Source: a virus
Taxonomy: Duplodnaviria > Caudoviricetes
IMG/VR virus record: IMGVR_UViG_3300025110_000018
Span: 1 to 53,856 of that record
Reading direction: 5' to 3' (one strand)
DNA length: 53,856 nucleotides
Positions 19,001-26,948 of this stretch are shown in pieces (positions within the stretch are counted from its first letter, which is position 1; every line of letters starts with the position of its first letter). Below the pieces are notes generated by a model. It searched no databases and had not been told where the DNA came from. It was given only the letters and a program-made list of their open reading frames with translations. Position numbers and translations under genes: made by a program.

Positions 19001-20065
19001 TAATTTTTTAGCGATAGGTGTATCACCTAATTTTTTAGACATATCACCTTCAAACATTAAAGTTTTTAGATCTTTGTAAAACTCTGCTTGTTGTTTTTGA
19101 TAATCTTCTCTTAGACCTTTATTAAATAAAGTTTTAATACTTGGAAACATTTTACCAACTTCATTATCTATTCTTTTTACTTGTTCCATTGCAAAGTTAG
19201 CGTCAGCAGATTTACGAGCATTCTCTTGATTCTTTGCTAAAAACATAGCCTCTGGTTTATTTGATGTTGGCCTTACGGCTCCTGCTATTTGATCTATTCT
19301 TTTATTTATTTTAGAAGAACTAAATGCTAAATCTTTTCCAAACTTACCAACCTTACCTACTATTTTAGTTGCACCATATACAAATGGAAAATATAATACT
19401 GAATCTGCACCAAATTTAACTCTGTTTAAAAGCTTTCTTGCTGCATCTTCTTTTGGATCAGCTGATTCTTCTGTATCTAATTGTGTTGGTCCAATTTGAA
19501 ATGCATCTCCAAATGTTCCTATCTTTTCTGCATCACCTACAAATACTTCACCGGTTGCACCTCCAACCACTGCAGCTCCAAATCTTGTAGCTCTTGCTTT
19601 ATCATTTAATTTATAAACTTGTTGCATACCTTTACGTACGTTTTTACCTTTTAGATTTACATACGTTCCAGCTTTTCTTGCTTGTAATGCTTTGGTTGCT
19701 AATTTAGATGCAATTTTTGCACCAATACTTGCGGGCACACCCATTTGTATTAATGCTTCTACAATTTTACCTGCAGCTTTTTGCTCTGCTATTTCTTCAA
19801 ATGGATTTATTTTGTCAAAAACTTGTTCTACTTTTGCCGCTGCATTTTGTGATAAACCTGTTGCATCCATAAGTTCAGCACCTAAAGATACAAAGCCTTC
19901 AGGTATTTTTAAAATACCTGATGCAACACCTGCAAGTCCAGCTTCAAATTGTGATATCTCGTTATCTTCTTCAGCTTCAGGAGTAAGATCAATATAATCT
20001 TCTATTTCACCTTTTGCTAACTTCTTTTTTGTGGGGAAGTTTTTTGTTGGGTCATATGTCGCCAT
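16043..20065 (-). CDS. Large internal virion / ejection protein
   Basis: 1340 aa, helical, G/A-rich hydrophobic patches; last large gene of the structural operon. Confidence 0.65.
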   Translation of the reverse strand: MATYDPTKNFPTKKKLAKGEIEDYIDLTPEAEEDNEISQFEAGLAGVASGILKIPEGFVSLGAELMDATGLSQNAAAKVEQVFDKINPFEEIAEQKAAGKIVEALIQMGVPASIGAKIASKLATKALQARKAGTYVNLKGKNVRKGMQQVYKLNDKARATRFGAAVVGGATGEVFVGDAEKIGTFGDAFQIGPTQLDTEESADPKEDAARKLLNRVKFGADSVLYFPFVYGATKIVGKVGKFGKDLAFSSSKINKRIDQIAGAVRPTSNKPEAMFLAKNQENARKSADANFAMEQVKRIDNEVGKMFPSIKTLFNKGLREDYQKQQAEFYKDLKTLMFEGDMSKKLGDTPIAKKLQKTMTDGGLNSESRKIVFDAIYNSRQKFVNLVETIKEGSTAAVTLPKDVRKLSGLMGDRLKIMLGGTYKIFQNPYVDALTGYKPTDQSINNVKEILKRHGQKHGRELSDDELSYRVNEILDSAIKFTPKTQLPSFKMTDLTIGAKTPDVRKNFVQMMSKKNKNGDPATEIIGKGSKAFRELFGEVDDARESIYSGIGLLSNLARRSEFIDDVLKANDEALEKQTRKLFYADKNEAIKQLGAGGLNKIVSLDETLEGMFKNGVLVNRLKGLHTTQEIADSFEAVNKLSNFFIREGKVADAYKYIFLYPKAGAQIAKTVLSPTTHIRNFLSASAFSVANGTLFTNPSLIVRAMNKARKSVQLGVRSPEAMDEYRRLLELGVVNTQTKMGDYQALLKDIELNPDGGFSTNAFKRMLQKLSRATKPATDLYTAEDDVYKIYNYWVEKERLGDAYLKAGIKKTNQQLEEEAANIVRNTVPNYAYVSDIVKGLRSTPFGNFASFPTAIMNSAVGIGSRITREMKHSKPTKGSNMTPMVFEIGKGFVKNDNPLYGIGMKRLVGSATAFGSIGVGLGAGFKAVNGTTDDQEAALERWVAPYEVGDKKFISYEEDENGKRTYYYQNWSNNNAYDYLEQPFRTMLRSVQEGIEKDDQLINGFIQGISDAFSRSIEPFTSESIAPEAIIDIIARGGVTDSGKKLYTEETPIPDKARIIMEHLLETQVPFSKSQLSRIYYAARGLPDPKGEIYDLEKELPGLLGWRLIKIDPVKGLNFKITELDKSSRNGVREFTGGDTRLLSSPSTAKEVIRQFFIANRSIFNSQQKMHLDLKAANQFDVDDSELAAVFEDRGISKKEYGALFGGDFRPYTPSQNIVEKFARKAEEFREANPEYSDPFQEALPTIIEMIQEFSGADLSESWKFKPSDFGLEEVDEEIQFKDPTVGSLPDLPMPSQEVVQTVEIKDPGPMNQGLTQIENALLSEEEKQIRLRQRGLA

Positions 20066-20074
20066 TTAACCCTC

Positions 20075-20926
20075 CTATTCTAATGGTATTTCTCTTAATT
20101 TTTTACCTGAATACGGATCATATTCAATTAATATGTTTTGTTCCGGATCTCTTTCATACAATCTTTTTGTGTCAGGTTTAAAATAAATAGCACCCGGAAT
20201 CATTTCATCAAATATATATTCTCTTGTTTTTCCTTTTTTTCTATTAGGTAAAGTTCCTATAAAACCACCTTTTAAATTTTCGTTTTTTCTAATCGATGGT
20301 CCAATATATGCAGCAAATTCTGCGAATGCTTCAGGGTATTCTTGTTGAATTGTAGTAATATAACCAGCAGCTTTTGGATCAGTATATTCTTTTAAAGTTT
20401 CATAATAAACTCTTTCTGGTGAATAATCTTTTTGTAAAGTAGAAGCTCCTGTTCCATACTGATCTTTTAATTCATATTCTCTCTCTAACTTTTTTATATC
20501 AGCTTTTGATTTAGTATCTATTTTACTTAAATCAAAATCTTGGTCTTCTTTTCTTTGTTTAGCTTCTCTTGCAAGATCTTCTATTCTTCTCTCTTCTCCA
20601 ATATCTATTTCTAAACCTGTTAGTGCAGCTTGTTTTGCTGCATCTCTTTGGCTTCCCATAGTTTGAAATGCTTGACCAACTGCAGGTTCAAAAGCTTTCG
20701 CTAAATTACCTAGTGTTGAACCGCCACCTGTTTCTGAAAAACCTCTTAGTCCACCTTGTATTAATAACTGTGCAATAGGATCAACAGCAGGTGCTGAATA
20801 ATCTTGCATAATTTTATCAAATCTTTCTCTGTATGAACCCTGACTAAAATTTGATCTCATACCAGAAGTGATGCCACCATCGACTTCACCTCCTCTTCTA
20901 AACATAGGTCTTCTTAAAGTTTTCAT
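20075..20926 (-). CDS. Putative internal virion / ejection protein
   Basis: Position; N-terminal RPMFRRGG tag; central coiled coil. Confidence 0.55.
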   Translation of the reverse strand: MKTLRRPMFRRGGEVDGGITSGMRSNFSQGSYRERFDKIMQDYSAPAVDPIAQLLIQGGLRGFSETGGGSTLGNLAKAFEPAVGQAFQTMGSQRDAAKQAALTGLEIDIGEERRIEDLAREAKQRKEDQDFDLSKIDTKSKADIKKLEREYELKDQYGTGASTLQKDYSPERVYYETLKEYTDPKAAGYITTIQQEYPEAFAEFAAYIGPSIRKNENLKGGFIGTLPNRKKGKTREYIFDEMIPGAIYFKPDTKRLYERDPEQNILIEYDPYSGKKLREIPLE

Positions 20927-21834
20927 TATGATTGTTTTCCTGGTGGGTTAAATAATCTATAGATACCAGCCAACGTTGCACCTGTGGTTAATCCAGTTTG
21001 TAATGCACTTGGTGAAGGAGAAACTTCTTGTACAGTTTTACCTGGGTATCCTGAAATTAAACTTGTAACTCCAGAACCATATTGTTGTGCAGCTGTTAAA
21101 GGTTGATTTAATTGTTGTTGAGCTAGCTGTTGACTTGCTTGTAACTCTGCTTGTTTCTGTGCTTGGTTTTGTGCACCTAAAGTTGATAAAGCTCCTACAT
21201 CTTGACCTAAGAATGATTGCTGTGCACTACCTAATCCTAATTGAGCTGCGGCAAGTTGTTGTTGTTGGTTTGCTAAAGCTTGTTGTTGACCAAAAGCTCT
21301 ACCCGATGCCTGTTGAGCTTGACCAAATGCTTGTCCTAATAATTGTGCTTGTAGTGCAGCTCTGTTTCTAGCTTGACCAGATAAAAATTCTGCTTCTTGA
21401 ACACCTTCTCTTGCTCCACCAAATGCACCGGCTTGAATCGCTTGATTTCTAAGTGATGGTAAACCTGCTTGTGTTTGTCTGTCAAATTCTGAAAGAGTTG
21501 TATCAATTATCTCCTGTTGATAAGGAGACATAAAATCTTTATATGCATCAGGTCCTACAAATTGACCTGCTGCTTGAGCAGCTTCTGCAGCTCGTGCTTG
21601 AGCAGCTTGTGAACTTTGTAAGAATGGTTGATAACCACCAATACCTGTTTCCGCTAATTCCTGCGCTCTTTTTTGTAATGCGTCTTGTTCTGCTATAAAC
21701 TGTGGACCAAATGTTTTAGTTAGATCTGCAGTTTTATATCCACCAATCGCTTTTTGTAAATCATCTAAATAAAGTTTTGCTTCCGCTTCTATAAACGGCG
21801 CTGGTAATACTCTACTCTCTTGGACTTCTGCCAT
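20926..21834 (-). CDS. Gln/Ala-rich putative ejection (pilot) protein
   Basis: FMSPYQQ, AGAFGGAR, Q/A-rich helices, hydrophobic C-terminus. Confidence 0.65.
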   Translation of the reverse strand: MAEVQESRVLPAPFIEAEAKLYLDDLQKAIGGYKTADLTKTFGPQFIAEQDALQKRAQELAETGIGGYQPFLQSSQAAQARAAEAAQAAGQFVGPDAYKDFMSPYQQEIIDTTLSEFDRQTQAGLPSLRNQAIQAGAFGGAREGVQEAEFLSGQARNRAALQAQLLGQAFGQAQQASGRAFGQQQALANQQQQLAAAQLGLGSAQQSFLGQDVGALSTLGAQNQAQKQAELQASQQLAQQQLNQPLTAAQQYGSGVTSLISGYPGKTVQEVSPSPSALQTGLTTGATLAGIYRLFNPPGKQS

Positions 21835-23114
21835 TATACTCTTCCTCCGTTTTCTAATGTTTTCATCATAGCGTACATACGTTCTGCACCCTTATCGACG
21901 TCACCGTCTCCAAATTCTCTTACAGCGTCTGCTGTCATTACAAATTCGTTATTTGATAACATTGCTGGAATGTCATCTGCCTTTTCTTTTACACCAACTG
22001 GAGGAATAAATCCACCTGTTTCTCTAAGGTCTAATTCAGTTACTCCTGCAGGGTTTTTATTTAATCGAAGACCCTCGATGCCTGCTGCCTGAATCGCGTT
22101 ATCTTCTGGACTACCCATAGCATAACCGATTCTACCTCCTTCTGCTACATTTGTTCTTACAAATTCAGCAACTTCTTCGTCTGACACACCTGGATTTAAA
22201 TTTCTGTATCCTTTTTCTAACAACATAGCTAGTTTTCCTGAATCTTGTTGAAGTTCCGGCATATCTTCTTCTTTAGCTCCTGCTGCAGCTAATACAGATG
22301 GAATAACTGTTGAAGCTATTGTACCTATATTTGAACCTACAAAATTTTTAAGTGCGCCAAAAATACCTGGTTTTGAAACTGCAGCACCTTTTACTGCAGG
22401 TCCTGGTAAAAATTTTGTACCTCCACCAAATAAAAATTGTTTTGCTCCAGTTTTAAAAGCTTGTGGTAAAAAACCTTTCATACCCAATGCTCCTCCAGGT
22501 AATCCAAAAGCAGTTACACCTAAAAGTGCTGCTTTACCTAAATCAGATTTAACAAATTTTTTAATCCCTTTACCAATTGATTTAACAAGGCTACCTAAGC
22601 CATAATTTTGTCTACCCATCATTCCACCATCTGCTGCCATGCCTCTCATAGCTCCTACTATTGGTGATTGAAATGGTGTTTGATTTGTTAAACCGGAACC
22701 AGGTAATGCCATTGATGGTCCACCAACTAAACCAGTTCCATATCTTTGATCTCCTAATCTAAATCCATCTGTATCAAACAAAGGTTGACCAAAAAAGGAT
22801 TCCCTACCTTGAGATACATTATTTGCAGTTGGTATTGTAGGACCTAACATACCACCAAGAGGAAGTTGCATAAGACCAACAGTTCTTCCATTAAAAGGAG
22901 TCGTTTGTGTTGGTTGTCCAATTGGTTGTTGCAAAGCGGGTTGTTGCATAGCACCACCTTCACCTAAAGTAGATTCAGCTGAATCTAATCTTTGATTAAT
23001 ACCTTGTAACATTTGTTCTGCAGAAGAAACACCACTACCTAATTGATTTAGTCTAGGCATGATGCTGCCATCCTGATACATTTGTCTCGGTTGTTGCATA
23101 CGTGATATTGTCAT
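21834..23114 (-). CDS. Modular virion protein with repeated R-x5-G tags and a C-terminal DDIPAMLSNNEFV domain
   Basis: Five tags, a Gly-rich amphipathic/hydrophobic middle segment, and a tape-measure-like C-terminal motif. Confidence 0.6.
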   Translation of the reverse strand: MTISRMQQPRQMYQDGSIMPRLNQLGSGVSSAEQMLQGINQRLDSAESTLGEGGAMQQPALQQPIGQPTQTTPFNGRTVGLMQLPLGGMLGPTIPTANNVSQGRESFFGQPLFDTDGFRLGDQRYGTGLVGGPSMALPGSGLTNQTPFQSPIVGAMRGMAADGGMMGRQNYGLGSLVKSIGKGIKKFVKSDLGKAALLGVTAFGLPGGALGMKGFLPQAFKTGAKQFLFGGGTKFLPGPAVKGAAVSKPGIFGALKNFVGSNIGTIASTVIPSVLAAAGAKEEDMPELQQDSGKLAMLLEKGYRNLNPGVSDEEVAEFVRTNVAEGGRIGYAMGSPEDNAIQAAGIEGLRLNKNPAGVTELDLRETGGFIPPVGVKEKADDIPAMLSNNEFVMTADAVREFGDGDVDKGAERMYAMMKTLENGGRV

Positions 23115-23166
23115 ATATATAAATTAAACTAGTTTAGAGCAGGTATAATTCCTGTAGTATCTCAGT

Positions 23167-24066
23167 TTATTTGATTTTTTCGCTATCGTCAACACGTTTT
23201 AAAGACTGTAATTCATCTAAGAAACGACCACAATAAGAGTGCTCTCCAACATGTGTTATATAGTCAGACACATAAGCAAATACTTTACCACCCATATCTG
23301 TCCATCTTTGACAAAAACCAAAGTCCTCGCCATAGTATCTCTTAGTATCTGGGTCATGTAAAGTATCAAATAAATTATAAAAATTAGGTTTCTTTACTTC
23401 TTTACCATTAATAATAGTTGGTTGAAATATCTCTAATTCAGGATATTTTTCTATCATTTTTGTAAGAACATGTCTTTTTATTAACATACATCCTGTAGGC
23501 ACATGCGTTGTTTCTATTATATCATTCTCCATAACAATTCTGTTTTTATCTGGTACCTTTATTGGATACATATATCCAGACTTGATAACATCGCTTTTCT
23601 TTCTTATCATTTCATACTTTTCTGTAAGTGCTAGCCACATTTTATCTTCATCGATAGTCTTCATTGGATATGGACATGCGATAACATCTTTATCTTTTTC
23701 AATCATTTTCATGATAGTAGAAAACTGAAAATCTATATCTGAATCTATAAACAATAAATATTCATAATCGTGTTCATGACTCAAGAAATCAGCTACACAT
23801 AGATTTCTACCTTGTGTAACTAAAGATGATTTTAGTAATGTAAAACTAACTAGTATATTATTTTTAATACACTCTTGTTGAAACTTTAACACTGCTTGTG
23901 TGTAATGCATAGATACATCAGAGTGACATGGTGTACATACCATAATTTTATACTTAGGTTTACCACCTACATTTATTTCGGTAACAACACTACCTGTTTT
24001 TATAGTTTGATAAGTGTCTTTATTTGGTTCTTGTTTATTAAACCATATTGGATCATTGTTTTGCAT
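23167..24066 (-). CDS. GT-A fold glycosyltransferase-like protein
   Basis: IMVCTP, RNLCV, LLFIDSDI (DxD), TGCMLIKR, GEDFGFCQRW. Confidence 0.8.
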   Translation of the reverse strand: MQNNDPIWFNKQEPNKDTYQTIKTGSVVTEINVGGKPKYKIMVCTPCHSDVSMHYTQAVLKFQQECIKNNILVSFTLLKSSLVTQGRNLCVADFLSHEHDYEYLLFIDSDIDFQFSTIMKMIEKDKDVIACPYPMKTIDEDKMWLALTEKYEMIRKKSDVIKSGYMYPIKVPDKNRIVMENDIIETTHVPTGCMLIKRHVLTKMIEKYPELEIFQPTIINGKEVKKPNFYNLFDTLHDPDTKRYYGEDFGFCQRWTDMGGKVFAYVSDYITHVGEHSYCGRFLDELQSLKRVDDSEKIK

Positions 24067-25000
24067 TGATTGCTCCTTGTAAAAATCGTGTCCAAGATAA
24101 ACCCTGTTTATCCCAATTATAATATTTATTTGTATATTTAATTTGAAATTTTAAATGTTCGTTTACTGCTTCACTTTCTAAAGATTGTGCAGCTGCTTCG
24201 ATAGCAGCAGCAAATTTAGTAGCCAATAATTTATAGTTATCTGTATATGGAATGTAGATAGGAAACTCTGCACCTGTTTCAAACAATGCACCCAGATCTG
24301 TTGTTATACAATACAAACCTGCTGACATACATTCTAATAAAGAGATACAAGATGTTTCTTCAAATGTACTTGGATATGCATACATTCTATAATTTTTTAA
24401 ATGTTCTCTAATATATTCATTTGATTTGTAACCGATGTAATTTACATTAGGTAATAAATCTGCTTGTTCATAAAGTGTTTTATAATATTTATCATTCTGT
24501 TCGTAAAAATCTTTTCCATATACTTCTGTAGAAGAATATACGTCTAATGTAATTAGTGGGTTCTTTATTAACTGCATCGCACCTAATAAAACATTCAATC
24601 CTCTCCAAGGTGTGTTTTGATGTATTATCTTAATTTGTTTTCCCTTCTGATATGTAGTTGCTACAGGTTCTATTTTCTCTACACCGTTTTTTATAACAAC
24701 ACATTTTTCAGTAGGTAATTTAAAGTATGTTCTAAACTTTTCATATGACCAATGACTATTAAATACATACCAATCGTACTTACTGTGATTAGTTGAATCA
24801 CTAAACCATGGTGCAAGATTCGGTTGATCGTAAGAATTTTTTTGCCAAAGTATATTTACTTTAGTTGGATGTAATGGAATCTTTTCAGGCACTGATGTAC
24901 ATATTTGTACCTGATTTAATATTTTAGAATCTACATGTTTTTGTAAAAACTCAAATTGTAATTCTGTTCCACCTCTAGGATTATTATTTGTGAATGACAT
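24053..25000 (-). CDS. GT-B fold (GT4-like) glycosyltransferase
   Basis: GGTE N-terminus, PWRGL, YPSTFEETSCISLLE (E-x7-E), YNW near the C-terminus. Confidence 0.88.
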   Translation of the reverse strand: MSFTNNNPRGGTELQFEFLQKHVDSKILNQVQICTSVPEKIPLHPTKVNILWQKNSYDQPNLAPWFSDSTNHSKYDWYVFNSHWSYEKFRTYFKLPTEKCVVIKNGVEKIEPVATTYQKGKQIKIIHQNTPWRGLNVLLGAMQLIKNPLITLDVYSSTEVYGKDFYEQNDKYYKTLYEQADLLPNVNYIGYKSNEYIREHLKNYRMYAYPSTFEETSCISLLECMSAGLYCITTDLGALFETGAEFPIYIPYTDNYKLLATKFAAAIEAAAQSLESEAVNEHLKFQIKYTNKYYNWDKQGLSWTRFLQGAINAKQ

Positions 25001-25508
25001 AACTAACTGATGTTCTCCAATATGGTATTTTTTTTATTGGTTGTGATGCATGTAGTTGGTTAGAGTCAAATAATATAAAATCACCTGGATTATATTTAAT
25101 AACTTTTCCTTCTATATTTAATTCTCCTCCCCAATCTTCGGCCCATTGCGGTGTTAAAAATCCTACAATACTATAACTAGTATCATTACTGTCTTGATGA
25201 AATTCTGTAAAATGATTATCATTTTGAGCATTCAAAGCTATTCTTTTTATTCTTCTTTGAATTTGAAAATTATGTTGTTTTCGTAATTCTGTATTTATTC
25301 TATCAAATAAACAATTAAAATATCCCAACCAATAAGAATCATTATATACTACTTCCTCATTATCCATAAATATAACTCCAGGAAAAGCACCACCTATTCC
25401 ATTTATTGTGCTATTTCTATTTAATGACCACATATTATTTGAAACCAAACCTGTATGCAGGGCAAACAACTCTTCTTTATTTAAGACGTTACTTATTATC
25501 TTTATCAT
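24984..25508 (-). CDS. 2OG-Fe(II) oxygenase
   Basis: FHQD...WAEDWGGEL...PGDFILFDSNQLH...R. Confidence 0.85.
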   Translation of the reverse strand: MIKIISNVLNKEELFALHTGLVSNNMWSLNRNSTINGIGGAFPGVIFMDNEEVVYNDSYWLGYFNCLFDRINTELRKQHNFQIQRRIKRIALNAQNDNHFTEFHQDSNDTSYSIVGFLTPQWAEDWGGELNIEGKVIKYNPGDFILFDSNQLHASQPIKKIPYWRTSVSYVIHK

Positions 25509-25752
25509 TTTTTTGATTCATTACTTTCTGAAATACTTCAAGACCTTTATTAGTAATTTGAACTGTAACATCTTGTACAATATCAGGTCCTTCTACTTTC
25601 TCTTTAAACACTTCTCCAGTTTTAGTATTTCTGTATGTTGTTGTACTAACACAATCTATTTTTGGTATATCATGTGTATGTGGAACATCACCACCTTCAT
25701 GAGAGTGAGTAACGCCATTATCGTGAGTGTGTTCTAATTTATCTTTATTCAT
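25489..25752 (-). CDS. Small protein with His-rich N-terminus
   Basis: HTHDNGVTHSHEGGDVPHTHD. Confidence 0.65.
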   Translation of the reverse strand: MNKDKLEHTHDNGVTHSHEGGDVPHTHDIPKIDCVSTTTYRNTKTGEVFKEKVEGPDIVQDVTVQITNKGLEVFQKVMNQKNDKDNK

Positions 25753-25770
25753 TCTGTTATTCTAATAACA

Positions 25771-26100
25771 CTAATCTTTATTAATTTCAAGTATAGATAC
25801 AATTACTATTAATCTATCAGCTACACTGGCTGTGCATTTTAACGCTTCACTTTCTTCAAGAATTAATGGCTCAGTCAATATTTGACTTGTTGATCTAGCA
25901 GTTGTTGAAAGTTGTGTAAATATAGGAAACTCTGCTGAAGAAGCATTAACAACTTTCATTGAAATATCAGCACCAGATCCTGAATCATTATGAAGTAAAA
26001 TAGATTTTATTATAGCTCTAGAGTTTGAAGGTGAAGTATATAAAGTTACTTCACTTGTAGAATCTAAATCTGCCTTTGCGTTTTTATATATGTTAGCCAT
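25771..26100 (-). CDS. Small beta-rich structural protein
   Basis: MANIYKNA..LYTSP..AIIKSI..PLILE; located in the tail module. Confidence 0.65.
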   Translation of the reverse strand: MANIYKNAKADLDSTSEVTLYTSPSNSRAIIKSILLHNDSGSGADISMKVVNASSAEFPIFTQLSTTARSTSQILTEPLILEESEALKCTASVADRLIVIVSILEINKD

Positions 26101-26260
26101 GCATTAACCAAGTAAATCTTTCTTGCTCCTGTTTTAAATCTTCTAAGAAAGATGTATTAAGTTCATTTTTGATTGTATCAATTGCACGAAGAATCTGTCT
26201 TTGGTTTTCAGCATCATATTCTTCCTTTGGTTCAGGTATGTATGAAGTTATTTTAGCCAC
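26093..26260 (-). CDS. 55-aa putative tail-associated protein
   Basis: GTG start (VAKITSYIPEPKEEY) overlapping the upstream stop; the longer track ORF overlaps 26253..26948 by about 180 nt. Confidence 0.55.
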   Translation of the reverse strand: MAKITSYIPEPKEEYDAENQRQILRAIDTIKNELNTSFLEDLKQEQERFTWLMHG

Positions 26261-26948
26261 CGTGAAAACTCTTTCCAAATGATGAACTGTCTCTACTGTA
26301 GCTGTGTCCTCTAGAAGAAGTAGAACGATTAGCTCCACCAGGTCTATCTCCTCTACCTCTATCTTGATCAGTTTGAACAGCTGATGATCTGTTTGCCATT
26401 TCAGTTTGTAGGTCTGCTGCTGAAGAATCATTTGTTCTAGTGTTTTTGTTTCTTATTCTATCTAAAAATTCCATATGAGTTTCTGATTGAGCAAAATCAG
26501 ATTGACCTAATCTTCTTAATCCGTCTAAACCACCTCGAGCCATATTTTTTAGTATACCATAACCAGGTATTGCTATGCCTGCAAATAAATCTAAAATGCC
26601 TCCTAATTTATTTGGTTCTTTTCTATAACCAAATTCATCAACTTCATATTCTTCTGTTTCTTCATCAGCCTGAGTAGCAACACCTAGATTTGGAGGTAGA
26701 CTACTAAAGGTTGTAGGAATGTTTTGAGCTAATTGTGGAGTAACTCCCATAGCTCCCATGTCTATTTTTGGTGTAAGAAATTGCTCATACGGTAATGTAG
26801 TATTCATTAAAAAACCTTCACCATATTCAGGTGCGTATGGTAGATCATCTTCCATAGGTGGAATTTGATTTAAAGTTTCTATACCTATAGCTGGAGTTCG
26901 TGGATATATAATTGAATTATAAAGTGGTACATCAAAAATGTTTGCCAT
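26253..26948 (-). CDS. Hypothetical protein with low-complexity S/R/G C-terminus
   Basis: 231-aa ORF, TAATG-coupled to the nozzle gene. Confidence 0.6.
   Translation of the reverse strand: MANIFDVPLYNSIIYPRTPAIGIETLNQIPPMEDDLPYAPEYGEGFLMNTTLPYEQFLTPKIDMGAMGVTPQLAQNIPTTFSSLPPNLGVATQADEETEEYEVDEFGYRKEPNKLGGILDLFAGIAIPGYGILKNMARGGLDGLRRLGQSDFAQSETHMEFLDRIRNKNTRTNDSSAADLQTEMANRSSAVQTDQDRGRGDRPGGANRSTSSRGHSYSRDSSSFGKSFHGG

Noticed and set aside
23140-23154. CAGG-TATAATT-CCTG as a fourth operator copy
   Set aside because: Half-site and spacing differ from TAGGA-N3-TCCTA.
26261-26431. N-terminal extension of ORF 26093..26431
   Set aside because: It lies within 26253..26948 in another frame; GTG 26260 gives normal coupling.
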